This document shows, piece after piece, positions 10,353-20,651 of a stretch of DNA of 64,000 nt. The notes below the pieces were generated by a model. The model made no database searches and was not told where the DNA came from. It saw nothing but the letters and a program-made list of their open reading frames with translations. The stretch is taken from positions 320,001-384,000 of the forward strand of contig CAVQNG010000003.1 in NCBI GenBank assembly GCA_963713825.1, given 5' to 3'. Source of the stretch: an uncultured Acidobacteriota bacterium. GTDB taxonomy: Bacteria; Acidobacteriota; Thermoanaerobaculia; Multivoradales; JAHEKO01. Each line of letters begins with the position of its first letter. The first letter of the stretch is position 1. Both the position numbers and the translations under genes were made by a program.

Positions 10353-11291
10353 CTATCCTGAAAGCGTGCGGGCGATCTCTGCTACGTGACGCAGATCGGT
10401 GCCACAGCAGCCACCCAGGATGTTGAGCCAGGGCAGCCGTTCTCGCAGCTCGACGTATTGGTTTGCAAGCTCTTCGGGGTCTCCGGGGTCCAGCGTCTCG
10501 CACATATCGAGCTCCGCGTGACTGAGGCGCGACGCATTGCAGCGGATTCCACGGATGCGTCGGGTCCAGCCGTTACCTTCCAGCACGTGGAAGAAATGAT
10601 CGGGATGGGCGCAGTTCACCACGAAGTAGGCCGCGGCAGACTCAGTCGCCTCATCCACCATTTCGATCGCCTCGCCCAGAGGCTGCCCTGTGGGCAGGGA
10701 GCCGTCGGTTTCCACCGTGAACGAAATCACCACAGGGAGTCGTGCAGCACGGGCAGCGCGAACGAGGCCGATGGCCTCATCCGCCTGGGTATAGGTTGTG
10801 CCGGTAACCATGTCTACCTGCGTTTCGGCCAACCAGGCGATCTGCTGGGCGTGGTAGTCCTCGGCCTCGTGGGCAGCGACTTCGACATCGGGCGCATAGC
10901 CGTCGCCCCGCGGGCCCATGATTCCGTTGAGGACAATCGGTCGGGTATTGGAGGAGAACTCGTCACGCAATCCTGCGATGAACTCGATCGAGTCGTGGTT
11001 TGCAGCGCGCAAACCTGCGTCGTCGGCCCCGAGGTCATCGGCCCAGTGCCTGTGTGCCTTCCAGGTCTGGCTGTCGAGGATGAAGCCGGTTTCTTGTGCT
11101 CCCGCCAGGCCTAAGAACTCGCGGAAGTAACCGGCCATCGCCTCCCGGCCGGCCGGATCGGTCAGTAGCGTATGAGCCGCGAACTCTCGGATCTCGATCC
11201 CGTGGTTGAAGATCAGGTCCGTCTCGATGCCTCCGTCGGCGAGAAAGAACTCACCTGAGAGCTGTGGCAAAGCGTTGCGATAGCGACTCAT
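10353..11291 (-). CDS. Homocysteine S-methyltransferase family protein
   Basis: DGGIETDLIF, GPRGDGY, VNCAHP, GGCCGTD Zn-binding Cys motifs; GGAGG RBS. Confidence 0.92.
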   Translation of the reverse strand: MSRYRNALPQLSGEFFLADGGIETDLIFNHGIEIREFAAHTLLTDPAGREAMAGYFREFLGLAGAQETGFILDSQTWKAHRHWADDLGADDAGLRAANHDSIEFIAGLRDEFSSNTRPIVLNGIMGPRGDGYAPDVEVAAHEAEDYHAQQIAWLAETQVDMVTGTTYTQADEAIGLVRAARAARLPVVISFTVETDGSLPTGQPLGEAIEMVDEATESAAAYFVVNCAHPDHFFHVLEGNGWTRRIRGIRCNASRLSHAELDMCETLDPGDPEELANQYVELRERLPWLNILGGCCGTDLRHVAEIARTLSG

Positions 11292-11381
11292 GAGCGTGAA
11301 CCTCCTCTGCCCGTTGGCCTACCAGCCGGTAGCGGTGGGGCGACTAGTTGGGAAGACGCGACATTCTACACCGGCCCCGAA

Positions 11382-13163
11382 TCATCTTACGATCGGAAGC
11401 TCCAGAAAACTCGGGTGCGCGGCATCGTGGTAGAGCGTGACGTGCGCTGTTCGCGCGTCGGCCCCCGATTCTTCGGAGACGACTCCACCGCTGTTGTAGT
11501 TCTTCTGCAAGAACAACGAGTTGGGTGATTTGAGGACCAGACGAAGACGGCTGCCCTGGGCGACCTTCCTCGAGAAGAAGTAGAAGCCGTCGAAGACGTA
11601 GCGGTTGATCTCGCCCGGGGTGACCAGCTGCGGCTCGCGCAGCGAATCCCGGAAGCGAGCCCTCATCAGGTCTTGCGTCAGCCGCACGCTGGATCCGTCC
11701 AACAAGATCTCGTACACGTCTACCTGGAAGTCGGTGTCGGGTACGTCAATGGAGAGCCATGCTTCGAACTCGAGGTACCCACTGATCTCGGTGTCTTCCT
11801 CGAACGGCTCGCTGTGGTAGAGGAGACCGTTGCCGTAGAGGTGGAGTGCGAACCGTTGGTCTGTGAGTGAAGCCGTATCGGCACTCAATTCGAGCTCGCC
11901 GGGTCGGGTGTCGAGTGGATCGTACACATAGCTGTCGGACTCGGCTTCCGCCGCCGGTGGCTCTGAAATCAGGGCTCCTGAATGGAACGCGTCGTTGGCC
12001 CGGCCGCCGGACGAGGCCAGATAGAGCTTCTTGCTCTCAGTCGCGATCGACTCGAGCGAATCGGCGTATTTCCATTCGTTGGCCCCGACCACGAAGTACG
12101 CAATTCGCTCTTTCAGGAACTCGGGCTTGTCTCCCTCCTTCATCGTCCAGTCGTACCACTGGCGATGCAGGTCGTTGAGATCCAACAGGCTGGCATCGCC
12201 GAACGTGAGCCCTCCCACCTCGGCCTGCGGAGTGCGCGTCCCTGAGTGGTTCCAGGGGCCGACGATCAGATAGTGCCGCCCCTTACTCGCTTCCGAGCCG
12301 AACCACATATGCCGCTTGTAGTACTCCATGGCGCCGGGCTGGTCGCCGTCATAGTGACCTGTGATGGTGAGGATCGGGATGTCGAAGGCAGCGAAATCCT
12401 CGTCAGTCGGATTCATTGCGTCCCAGTAGGCATCTGGAAAGGGGTGCGCCATCCATTCGGAGAACTTCGTCGTCAGATTGCCGGCGAGCTTGGGCAGCTC
12501 GGCAAATGGCAGGTGCTCCTCGTAGTACCGGCTGTAGACCTGCTTCCAGTAGTCCTCCTCACCAAAGAGATTCCACTGGGCAACCACGCCGCTCGTCAAA
12601 GTCTGCCATTGGATCTCGTAGGGATAGGGAATGTTCTTCCAGAACGGGAAATCGATACCGGCGAAGGCGGCAGCGGCCGGCACGATCGTGGTCAGATGCG
12701 GAGGAAACTCCTTGGCGACAGCCCACTGATCGTAGCCCGCGTAGGAGCCACCCCACATCCCCACCTTGCCATTCGACCAGGGTTGCTGGGCAAGCCACTC
12801 CACCACGTCGTAGCCGTCTTCGGCTTCCTGGGCAAACGGGTCGAACTGGCCCTCGGAATTACCGCGTCCCCTCACGTCCACCAGCACGAAGACGTAACCG
12901 TGCTGGGCGAAATACCACCCACGCTCATGGTAGGTGTCCGATGTGTAGGGCGTCAGGGTAAACACCACGGGCAGCGGCTCCTCCATCTCGAGCGGCTTGT
13001 AGACCGTCGCGTTCAGACGCACACCGTCCCGTACCGGGATCTCGACACCCCAGGTGATCTCTACTTCTGGATCCTCGGCAGCATTGACCGGAGGCGTGGC
13101 GCTGAGGGTGACCAGGACGAACAGGACCACCCGACACCGGGTGCGGCGGCATTCGATAGCCAT
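11382..13163 (-). CDS. Secreted CocE/NonD family hydrolase (peptidase S15)
   Basis: TPY, DVRGRGNSEG, GMWGGSYAG nucleophile, GPWNH, PepX-like C-terminal domain; signal peptide. Confidence 0.92.
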   Translation of the reverse strand: MAIECRRTRCRVVLFVLVTLSATPPVNAAEDPEVEITWGVEIPVRDGVRLNATVYKPLEMEEPLPVVFTLTPYTSDTYHERGWYFAQHGYVFVLVDVRGRGNSEGQFDPFAQEAEDGYDVVEWLAQQPWSNGKVGMWGGSYAGYDQWAVAKEFPPHLTTIVPAAAAFAGIDFPFWKNIPYPYEIQWQTLTSGVVAQWNLFGEEDYWKQVYSRYYEEHLPFAELPKLAGNLTTKFSEWMAHPFPDAYWDAMNPTDEDFAAFDIPILTITGHYDGDQPGAMEYYKRHMWFGSEASKGRHYLIVGPWNHSGTRTPQAEVGGLTFGDASLLDLNDLHRQWYDWTMKEGDKPEFLKERIAYFVVGANEWKYADSLESIATESKKLYLASSGGRANDAFHSGALISEPPAAEAESDSYVYDPLDTRPGELELSADTASLTDQRFALHLYGNGLLYHSEPFEEDTEISGYLEFEAWLSIDVPDTDFQVDVYEILLDGSSVRLTQDLMRARFRDSLREPQLVTPGEINRYVFDGFYFFSRKVAQGSRLRLVLKSPNSLFLQKNYNSGGVVSEESGADARTAHVTLYHDAAHPSFLELPIVR

Positions 13164-13230
13164 CGTAGCTCCTCTCTCGAGAGACCAAGGATATCCAATG
13201 GGGACCCGATTCAAGCTACGATCTGGGGTG

Positions 13231-14145
13231 ATGCCTTCGGTCCCGCCACCAGACCTGCCACCCTTCCTCACCGAGGACCTCCCGCAGGAGCGCCAGGCCT
13301 ACGCGCTCGAGTCGGGGCCTGATCAGGGGAAGGTCATCCACTTCATCGATCATGGGAACCCCGACGCGCAGCCGGTGATTCTGCAGCATGGCAACCCGAC
13401 CTGGTGCTTCCTCTGGCGGAAGGTGATTGCCCGGCTGGATCCCGAGCGCTTTCGCTGTCTGGCCCCCGACCTGCTCGGCTTCGGACTGTCGGGCTCGTTG
13501 TCGAAAGTGTCGGACCACACACTGGATCGCCATCTACAGGCGATGCGCGAATGGGCCGAGAACCTGCAACTGGCCAAAGGAGCCATTCTGGTTGGCCAGG
13601 ACTGGGGAGGGCCCTTGGTTGTCGCCATGGGCATGGCATGTCCCGAGGTAAGCGGCGTGGTCCTGGCCAACACTTCGATCCTGGTGCCGAAGCGGCCACT
13701 GGGAACCTCTTTCCACAAGTTCGCCCGCACTCCAGTGGTGAGTGACATCGCTTTTCGGTTGGCGGGCTTCCCGCTCAACATCCTTGGACGGGTTCAGGGC
13801 GACGCTAGATCGATCTCCGGCGAAGTCGCACGCGCCTACCGCTGGCCACTACCCCTGGGCAGACGAGCTGGCCCCTTGGGCCTGGCTCGCATGGTTCCCT
13901 CCAGCCCAGACCATCCAAGCGTGCCCCCTCTTCGAAAGATCGAAGCCTGGACCCGCGCATTCGACGGTCCAATGGCCCTGGTGTGGGGCGAGCGCGACCC
14001 GATCTTGGGCAGGGCCCTCAAACGGCACGTAGAGACCTTCCCCCAGGCAACCGTTACCCGCACCCAGGCTGGTCACTTCCTCCAAGAGGAGGTTCCCGAC
14101 GATCTCGCCCGAGCAATCGAGGAGGTGGCGGCCAGAGCTACTTAA
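13231..14145 (+). CDS. Haloalkane dehalogenase-like alpha/beta hydrolase
   Basis: HGNPTW, APDLLGFGLS, GQDWGG (Asp nucleophile followed by Trp), AGHFLQEE; start approximate. Confidence 0.8.
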   Translation: MPSVPPPDLPPFLTEDLPQERQAYALESGPDQGKVIHFIDHGNPDAQPVILQHGNPTWCFLWRKVIARLDPERFRCLAPDLLGFGLSGSLSKVSDHTLDRHLQAMREWAENLQLAKGAILVGQDWGGPLVVAMGMACPEVSGVVLANTSILVPKRPLGTSFHKFARTPVVSDIAFRLAGFPLNILGRVQGDARSISGEVARAYRWPLPLGRRAGPLGLARMVPSSPDHPSVPPLRKIEAWTRAFDGPMALVWGERDPILGRALKRHVETFPQATVTRTQAGHFLQEEVPDDLARAIEEVAARAT

Positions 14146-14201
14146 CCCGGGTTGAGCACCCGGACTGGTGCCGGCCTCCGAAAACGGCTGGCACCTCACT
14201 A

Positions 14202-15476
14202 CTACCAGTACCAGACGAGCTGTACGGAGGCGCTGGGGCCGGCCGAGAGGAACAGCTCGGGCACGCTCGTAGCCGCACCACCGAATTCGGTGCCGTTGGC
14301 CCCAATGGGAATGTTGATGGCGCTCCACACAAGCAGGTTCTCTCGCAGGTCGTTCTGGAAGACCAGTTGGACCAGGGCGCTCGGGTCGGTGACGTTGACG
14401 AACGCGTTGGGCGTCAGCAGGAACAGCGGATCGATCTCGATCATGGCGCTCAAGGCGAGATAGTGCTGGCCGAGATTGAAGAGCTCTCCTCGGGCGATGC
14501 GCTCCAAGAGCTCGGGATTCTCCTCCAGACATTCGGGTGAGTAGCACCCATCGGATTGACCGAACCCGTTGAAGAAGTACTCGGCGAGACCGCTGACGTT
14601 CTTGCCGCCCCAGATCCAGGACTGAGAGATGCTGGTGTCGACCGAAGCCACCGTGCTGTCCCCGAAGGTCACCACCACATCGCCCCGCCATACCGCGCCA
14701 CCGATGCTGTAGTTCATGCCGGCTCCGACCAGTGGATCTCCATAGTGCTGCGCCACAAGGGCGTCGTACTCGCTCAGGCTCTCCATGTGGTGGTACTTGA
14801 AAGCAAGGGAGCTCTGATCGGCCTCGACATCCTCGGTGATCGGGTTGCGGCGAAAGACCATCACCCCCTGGAGATCGTCACCACTCGAATGCAGGTACTG
14901 ACCGTAGAGCATGTCGTCGCCGGTCTTGTACTCCTTGTCGACGGCAGCCGGGTCGAAGGGATTGAAGATGTCCATCACGTTGTAGATCAAGCCATTGCCC
15001 CAGGTGATGGCTTGGCGACCGAACTTCACCACCGCGTGCTCGGTGGCGTAGCCGACAGCGGCCCGATCGAGACGCTGCAGGGCCGCCGACTTGCCCGCAT
15101 CGGTGAAGACGTAGGTGAGGTCGAATAGCCGGGTCCGATCACTGGGCAGATGGGGAAAGAGAATCCTCAACTCTTCCGGCAACTCGCGGGTGAATTCGAG
15201 ACGATCCCCATAGACGCCAATGAGCTGGTAGTCGACGTCGAGGCTCCAGCGGTTGCGCTCGGCCCGGAAAACGAAGCGCGCATCCACAGCCGAGTCGGTG
15301 GAGGTCGAACCGAAGACCTCCTGGAAGGCGCTGTCTGCGGGATAGGTGGTGAGCGCGATCTGCGGGCTCACGCGACCCGTCAGACTGGCTGCGTCGTCAT
15401 CTCCTGATGCCACGCCCGCAAACGCGAGCACCGCCCCGGCGAAGACCGCCAAAGCTCGGAAGCAGCAACGCGCCAT
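14202..15476 (-). CDS. Putative outer-membrane beta-barrel protein, last gene of the Lol-like ABC cassette
   Basis: Signal peptide, RLDRA..GRQAITWGNG..DIFNPF motif, C-terminal aromatic VQLVWYW (BAM-type signal). Confidence 0.75.
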   Translation of the reverse strand: MARCCFRALAVFAGAVLAFAGVASGDDDAASLTGRVSPQIALTTYPADSAFQEVFGSTSTDSAVDARFVFRAERNRWSLDVDYQLIGVYGDRLEFTRELPEELRILFPHLPSDRTRLFDLTYVFTDAGKSAALQRLDRAAVGYATEHAVVKFGRQAITWGNGLIYNVMDIFNPFDPAAVDKEYKTGDDMLYGQYLHSSGDDLQGVMVFRRNPITEDVEADQSSLAFKYHHMESLSEYDALVAQHYGDPLVGAGMNYSIGGAVWRGDVVVTFGDSTVASVDTSISQSWIWGGKNVSGLAEYFFNGFGQSDGCYSPECLEENPELLERIARGELFNLGQHYLALSAMIEIDPLFLLTPNAFVNVTDPSALVQLVFQNDLRENLLVWSAINIPIGANGTEFGGAATSVPELFLSAGPSASVQLVWYW

Positions 15477-15483
15477 CCAACAC

Positions 15484-16176
15484 CTACGCCGCTTCTCGCC
15501 GCTCGTCGCCGACGATGCGACCGTCGAGCATGTGGATGACGCGCCGCGCGTAGGCCATCACCCTCTGGTCGTGGGTGGCGATGACGAAGGTCGTCTCGTG
15601 GTGCTGGTTGAGCTCGACAAAGAGCTCCATCAGATGATCGGAGGTCTGCGAGTCGAGGTTGGCAGTCGGTTCGTCGGCGAGTACGAGCGCGGGCCGCGAG
15701 GCGATGGCCCGAGCCACGGCGACCCGCTGCTGCTGACCGCCTGACATCTGGGCCGGTAGGCGATCACCGAGACCCCCCAGGCCGACCTCTTCGAGGATCT
15801 CGAGCGAACGTTTCCGACGAGGCCCAGCATCCACGCCTTGCACCTCCATCACGAACTCGACGTTCTCACGGGCCGTCAAAACCGGAATCAGGTTGTAAGC
15901 CTGAAATACGAACCCGATCTGGTGCAGCCGCATCTTTGCCAGCTCACCCTTGCCGAGGTTGTCGATACGCTCCCCGGCCAGCCAGATCTCACCGCTGTCG
16001 GGCGTATCGAGACCACCAATGGCGTTGAGCAGTGTGGTCTTGCCGCCACCTGACGGTGCTGACAGGCAAACGAACCCCCCCTTGTCGATCTCGAGGTCCA
16101 CATGGTCGAGCCCGGTGACTTCGAGATCACCCTGGCGGTAGGTCTTGCACAGATCGACACAGCGTACTGGTTTCAT
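15484..16176 (-). CDS. ABC transporter ATPase (LolD/MacB-like)
   Basis: Walker A variant SAPSGGGKTT, GFVFQAYNL, MSGGQQQRVA, LADEPTANLD. Confidence 0.93.
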   Translation of the reverse strand: MKPVRCVDLCKTYRQGDLEVTGLDHVDLEIDKGGFVCLSAPSGGGKTTLLNAIGGLDTPDSGEIWLAGERIDNLGKGELAKMRLHQIGFVFQAYNLIPVLTARENVEFVMEVQGVDAGPRRKRSLEILEEVGLGGLGDRLPAQMSGGQQQRVAVARAIASRPALVLADEPTANLDSQTSDHLMELFVELNQHHETTFVIATHDQRVMAYARRVIHMLDGRIVGDERREAA

Positions 16177-16178
16177 CG

Positions 16179-17408
16179 TCACACCTGCGTAATGGCTCGT
16201 ACCGGATCGTATCGGGAGGCCCGCCAGGCTGGTGACAGGCTGGCGAAGAACCCGAGAACGATCACGATGACGTTCGCTAGAACTACATCTTCGAGATAGA
16301 GCGCCGGATAAAGGACGCTGGCGGCGCCGAACAACTCCATGCCTTCGCCGACGATCGAGACGTCGATACCGCTCTTCAGCGGCTCGATGGTGGCCCACGC
16401 CAGCAGGTTACCGATGGCGAGGCCGATAACAAGGAGAAGGGTGGACTCCGCGACGATCTGGGTCAGGATGCTGCGCGGCGTCATGCCGAGAGCGAGCATC
16501 AGGCCGATCTCCCGCACCCTTTCGAAAACGGCCATGACCAGAGTGTTGACAAGCCCGAATGACAAGGCCAGGAAGATGACCACGATCCAGACGATCACGA
16601 AGCCGTCCATCACGGCCAGCATCGACCCGAGGTAGGTGTCGATCTCGTTCCACGGCAGGACTTCGACCTCGGGTCCGGCGGCCTCCGCCACCATTCTGGT
16701 GAGACCCTCGACATCGCGGTAATCCGTGCCCAAGATCGCCACTTCGGAGACCGCATCACCAACACCCAGCAGTTTCTGGATCGTTCCCTGGCCGGCGAAG
16801 ACGAACCCTTCCTCGTACTGATCGAGCTTGGAGTCGAAGACGCCGACGATGCGGAATCCACGATCGGCGATCTCGTTCTCCGGGTCCTGGGTCATGATCG
16901 CGACACGCTTGCCGAGATCAGTCTCCATCTTCTCCACCAACTTGCGGCCCACGACCAGGCCCGCGTCGTCGCGCGATTCCAGAAAGCGCCCATCAGTCAT
17001 GTCGTCGGCGACGAAGCTGACCGCGCGCTCCTGGTCGGGATCGATCCCGACCAGCGTGACGCCGCGGGTGTCCTGCTCCGAAGAGATCACCGCCGGCACT
17101 CGCACCCGCGTCGACCAGGCGACGATCTCGGGGCGACCCAGGACCTCCAACAGCTCGCCGCTCGGGGGTGCGATCACGTTCGAGATCGTGGGGTCATCGC
17201 GGAAGGACGGATGGTGGATCTGAACGTGACCGGGGAGCACGCTGATCCCGTCCTTCACCATGTCGTCCACCATGCCGCGCATCAGTGCCGTCATGAAAAT
17301 CATCGCCCAGGTGCCGACGACGATGGCTGCCAGCATGATCAGGGTGCGGCGGTGGTTGCGCCACAGATTTCGCCAGGCGAGACGAAGAACGATCTTCATG
17401 CCGCCCAT
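16179..17408 (-). CDS. ABC transporter permease (FtsX/MacB/LolC-E type)
   Basis: LAWRNLWRNHRRT, NTLVMAVFERVREIG, PAWRAS; ATG overlaps the upstream stop (TAATG). Confidence 0.92.
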   Translation of the reverse strand: MGGMKIVLRLAWRNLWRNHRRTLIMLAAIVVGTWAMIFMTALMRGMVDDMVKDGISVLPGHVQIHHPSFRDDPTISNVIAPPSGELLEVLGRPEIVAWSTRVRVPAVISSEQDTRGVTLVGIDPDQERAVSFVADDMTDGRFLESRDDAGLVVGRKLVEKMETDLGKRVAIMTQDPENEIADRGFRIVGVFDSKLDQYEEGFVFAGQGTIQKLLGVGDAVSEVAILGTDYRDVEGLTRMVAEAAGPEVEVLPWNEIDTYLGSMLAVMDGFVIVWIVVIFLALSFGLVNTLVMAVFERVREIGLMLALGMTPRSILTQIVAESTLLLVIGLAIGNLLAWATIEPLKSGIDVSIVGEGMELFGAASVLYPALYLEDVVLANVIVIVLGFFASLSPAWRASRYDPVRAITQV

Positions 17409-18637
17409 TACGCCGCCCTCATTGCCGCCACCGGCTCCAGCCAGTGAAGTCTGACAGCCGGGTAGAGCGAGGCGACGATACTCGCCCCGAGCACGATCAA
17501 CGGCCCCATCAACAGCCCGATGATCGAGACCGTCGGGTAGATCCGCCCCGGAAGATTGAATTTGCCGCCCATCTCTTCGAGCCCCGGATAGGTGAAGCCG
17601 TGGAAGTGCAGCCACACGACCAGCGCCCCTCCGAGAAGGACCCCCAGGACCATGCCGACAATGCCCATCAGGGTTGTCTCCAGCAGCACCAGGCGGCCCA
17701 GCCGACCCGGCGTCACCCCCAGCGACATCACGATGCCGAACTCCTTGGTGCGCTCTAGAACGGACATCAGCTGCGTGTTGAGCACGCTGAAGGCCACGAG
17801 AATGATCAGGATGCCGTACATGAACCAGGCGCTGACGAAGTCGGCCTGGATCGCCTGCTTGAGCCCGGGCAGCAGCGCGTCCCAATCGTGGACCACCAGA
17901 TCCTCGCCGGCGGGCAGCAGGGCCTCGACTTGGGCCTTCGTGGCCCCGACCTGAAGCAACCCGGGCGCCATGATCACTACAGCATGGCCGGCGTCTTCCA
18001 TGGCAAAGGCGTCCTGGAAAAACCCGAGAGGAACCTCGGCGAAACCGCGATCCATGTCGGGCATGCCGCTCTCGAAGATGCCGACCACGGTGACGACGGC
18101 GGCGGCGAAGGAGCCGTCGCGTCCACTACCGATGAAAGTCAACTCGTCGCCGACTCCGACTCGGAGATTTCGCGCCAGAACGCTGCCGATGACGATCTCT
18201 TCCGCCATCGTGTCACTCAGGAAGGCGCCCTCCTGGATCAAGCCAGGAAGACTCGATACCCGGCTCTCATGATTCGGCTCGACACCTGTTATCTGCGCTC
18301 CATAGCTGCGATCGCCGCTCGAGATTAGGCCGAATGCCGCGGCCCGAACCGCGATGTCCTCGGTACCCAGCCCCTGCCGAAACCTGTCTGCGAGCGCTTG
18401 GATATTCGGAACGACCTGACGAATCTTGTGATCGTCCTTGTAACCAGGTGCCTGCACCTGGAGGTGACCCGTCTGTGCCCTGAGCGTGTTGCTGATCATC
18501 ATCTCGTACATCCCGAGCTGCAACGAGATCATGAAGACCAGCAAGATGTTGGAGAACACCATGGCGCCCACCGTCAGCCAGGTGCGGCGCTTGCGCCTCC
18601 AGAGGTTTCGCCAGGCGAGGCGAAAGGTGATGCTCAT
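17408..18637 (-). CDS. ABC transporter permease (FtsX/MacB/LolC-E type)
   Basis: LAWRNLWRRKRRT, NTQLMSVLERTKEFG, YPAVR. Confidence 0.92.
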   Translation of the reverse strand: MSITFRLAWRNLWRRKRRTWLTVGAMVFSNILLVFMISLQLGMYEMMISNTLRAQTGHLQVQAPGYKDDHKIRQVVPNIQALADRFRQGLGTEDIAVRAAAFGLISSGDRSYGAQITGVEPNHESRVSSLPGLIQEGAFLSDTMAEEIVIGSVLARNLRVGVGDELTFIGSGRDGSFAAAVVTVVGIFESGMPDMDRGFAEVPLGFFQDAFAMEDAGHAVVIMAPGLLQVGATKAQVEALLPAGEDLVVHDWDALLPGLKQAIQADFVSAWFMYGILIILVAFSVLNTQLMSVLERTKEFGIVMSLGVTPGRLGRLVLLETTLMGIVGMVLGVLLGGALVVWLHFHGFTYPGLEEMGGKFNLPGRIYPTVSIIGLLMGPLIVLGASIVASLYPAVRLHWLEPVAAMRAA

Positions 18638-18640
18638 CGG

Positions 18641-19405
18641 CTATTCCCGAGGGTTTTGCAGGTTCGACCGGGTGAATACGTTGTCGGAGATCTCGGCGCC
18701 GAACTCGACTGCGTCGATTCGGAACTCGGTCCACTCGTCTGGTGTGTCCACCTTCCCCATGCGCTGGCGAGTCGCGATCGTCCGCCCACCCATCTCACCT
18801 ATTTCGAGACTCTCCAGGACTTTCACCAGGTCGCCCTCCTGGTCGTAGTACTCCTGCGATACGAGAACGTCGTCGTCTCGAATGCGCAACACCTCCTTGC
18901 CCCACACCACCGCAGCCTCCTCGTGGGGCACCGACTCGATCACGAACATCGTGTGGCCCTCGTGCTCCTCCTTGTCCAGCAGGGTGTGATCGTACTGGTC
19001 GACGATGTCGTCGGCCCGCGACACATCCTTGTTCGAAAAATCGGAGCCCATCCAGCTCTGCCCCATCATCGAGGAAGGAACCTTGATCACCCGATTGACC
19101 TTGGGTGAGTAGGACCACATGTTGTTGTCCACCATCAATGTGCCGTTGCCGGCATCCTTCTTGGGCGCTGTCACCCGGACGAGCGATTTCTTGGGACCGC
19201 TGGTCCACGATTTCATCGACATCGTCCGCTCCCACGAGGGTCGATGAATGGTCATGGACATCTCGCCCTGTGAGGACTCGCCGCGCCAGTTGTCGATGGC
19301 AGCACGAACGATCTCGGCGGCGTCCTGCGCGAACGCTATCGATGTGAAGGCCTGAGCAGCCACCAGCGCTGAAACGAGGAATGCTCTTCGGGGCGCTACA
19401 GTCAT
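18641..19405 (-). CDS. LolA-like outer-membrane lipoprotein-sorting protein
   Basis: Signal peptide, APKKDAGNGTL, MWSYSP..RVIKVPSSMMGQSWMGSDFS, C-terminal FTRSNL. Confidence 0.88.
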   Translation of the reverse strand: MTVAPRRAFLVSALVAAQAFTSIAFAQDAAEIVRAAIDNWRGESSQGEMSMTIHRPSWERTMSMKSWTSGPKKSLVRVTAPKKDAGNGTLMVDNNMWSYSPKVNRVIKVPSSMMGQSWMGSDFSNKDVSRADDIVDQYDHTLLDKEEHEGHTMFVIESVPHEEAAVVWGKEVLRIRDDDVLVSQEYYDQEGDLVKVLESLEIGEMGGRTIATRQRMGKVDTPDEWTEFRIDAVEFGAEISDNVFTRSNLQNPRE

Positions 19406-19476
19406 CTCCAATGGCTCCGTGAACAGTCGCGCTGGGTTCGGCGCAACCGTGGAAACGAATATAGCGCAGATTGTCT

Positions 19477-20625
19477 CTAGCTTCCGCCCAGCGCGCACTC
19501 GTTCTTGCCGACTTCCAGTTCGTCCGCTTCATCGTCGCTGACCGGCAGGAGGCCGACATTGACGGCCTTGATCTTTCGATAGGCGTCGGGGAAGGAGGCC
19601 TTCTTGGCGAGCACCCAATCGATGAAGGCCTGTCGATCCGTCTCTTGTAGGGAGCTGTTGGTTTGGCGCAGCTCACTCAACGGCGCACCGATCGAGCGAT
19701 CTGATTGCCGCTCCTCATCCGAACCGTAGTGGGCGGGGTAGATCCGCAGGCTCGGGGACCACTCATGACGGGTCAACTCGAGACTCTCCCAGAGCTTGAG
19801 TGTCCACTCTTCTTCCTTGCCAGCGAGGTCCGGGCGACCGACCGAGGCGATGAAGATGAAGTCGCCGGTGAAAGCGGCTTGGTCGTCTACAAGGTAGGTG
19901 ACACTGCCATCCGTATGTCCCGGCGTGTGAGCAACCTTCAGACTGGAGCGGCCGAAGGTGATCTCCTGCCCGTGCTCGAGGGGCTTGAACGCGATCGTGC
20001 CAGGCCTGCCATCGTACGGATAGAAGGCGTCATCGGGATGCAGGTAGTAAGGAACCTGTAGCTCTCTGGCCAGGTCGGGAGCACCACTGATGTAGTCGGC
20101 GTGAACGTGGGTATCGGCGACGCCGACGATGCGACTGTCACTCGCCCGAGCCGCGGCCATATAGGAAGAGGCGCCCCTGGGAGGATCGATGACGACCGCC
20201 TCACCCTCGCTCACCAGGAGATACCCGAGGGATCCCTTGCCAATGCGGTCGAACTGAACCAGGCGATCGAGAGACGCGGTCGGCGGCAGCTCGCGCTCCA
20301 GAGTCAGCATCATCCAACGGCCCATGCCGCCGGTCAGCGATCGCGCCTGAGCTCCAAGGCGATTGAGATGCGAGGCTAGAACGCGGCTGTCGTTCCCTTG
20401 GCCGCAAACGACTACGATGGGGACTTGTGGGTCGATCCCACTGCCTTCGAGCCTGTCGAGCTTCGCCAACCGGGAGCCGACAATGTTGTGAAACGAGCCT
20501 TCGGGTACCAGGTCGATCCTGCCACTCTCGAGCCGAAAGGCCGCCCGTACGTCGACCACTTGCATGGGCTCGCCGGCCTCCACCGTGCGCGCCAAGTCGG
20601 CGGCCGATATCTCCCCTGTCTGCAA
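19477..20625 (-). CDS. Rhodanese + metallo-beta-lactamase-fold protein (persulfide dioxygenase/sulfurtransferase-like)
   Basis: N-terminal VDVR..VVCGQGNDS..LTGGM rhodanese; DTHVHADY, HTPGHT, FTGD, GRPDL, YPAH; C-terminal ELEVGKNECA. Confidence 0.85.
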   Translation of the reverse strand: MQTGEISAADLARTVEAGEPMQVVDVRAAFRLESGRIDLVPEGSFHNIVGSRLAKLDRLEGSGIDPQVPIVVVCGQGNDSRVLASHLNRLGAQARSLTGGMGRWMMLTLERELPPTASLDRLVQFDRIGKGSLGYLLVSEGEAVVIDPPRGASSYMAAARASDSRIVGVADTHVHADYISGAPDLARELQVPYYLHPDDAFYPYDGRPGTIAFKPLEHGQEITFGRSSLKVAHTPGHTDGSVTYLVDDQAAFTGDFIFIASVGRPDLAGKEEEWTLKLWESLELTRHEWSPSLRIYPAHYGSDEERQSDRSIGAPLSELRQTNSSLQETDRQAFIDWVLAKKASFPDAYRKIKAVNVGLLPVSDDEADELEVGKNECALGGS

Positions 20626-20651
20626 CCGCTTGCCTCCCTCGCAGCCTCGCC

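Noticed and set aside
11292-11381. SAM or SAH riboswitch upstream of the homocysteine methyltransferase
   Set aside because: The leader is short and I could not match any SAM-I/II/V, SAH or SAM-SAH consensus
14202-19405. Canonical lolCDE/lolA
   Set aside because: The permeases and LolA-like protein match the separate 'lipoprotein-sorting protein' cassette with its own OM barrel rather than housekeeping Lol, so gene symbols were withheld
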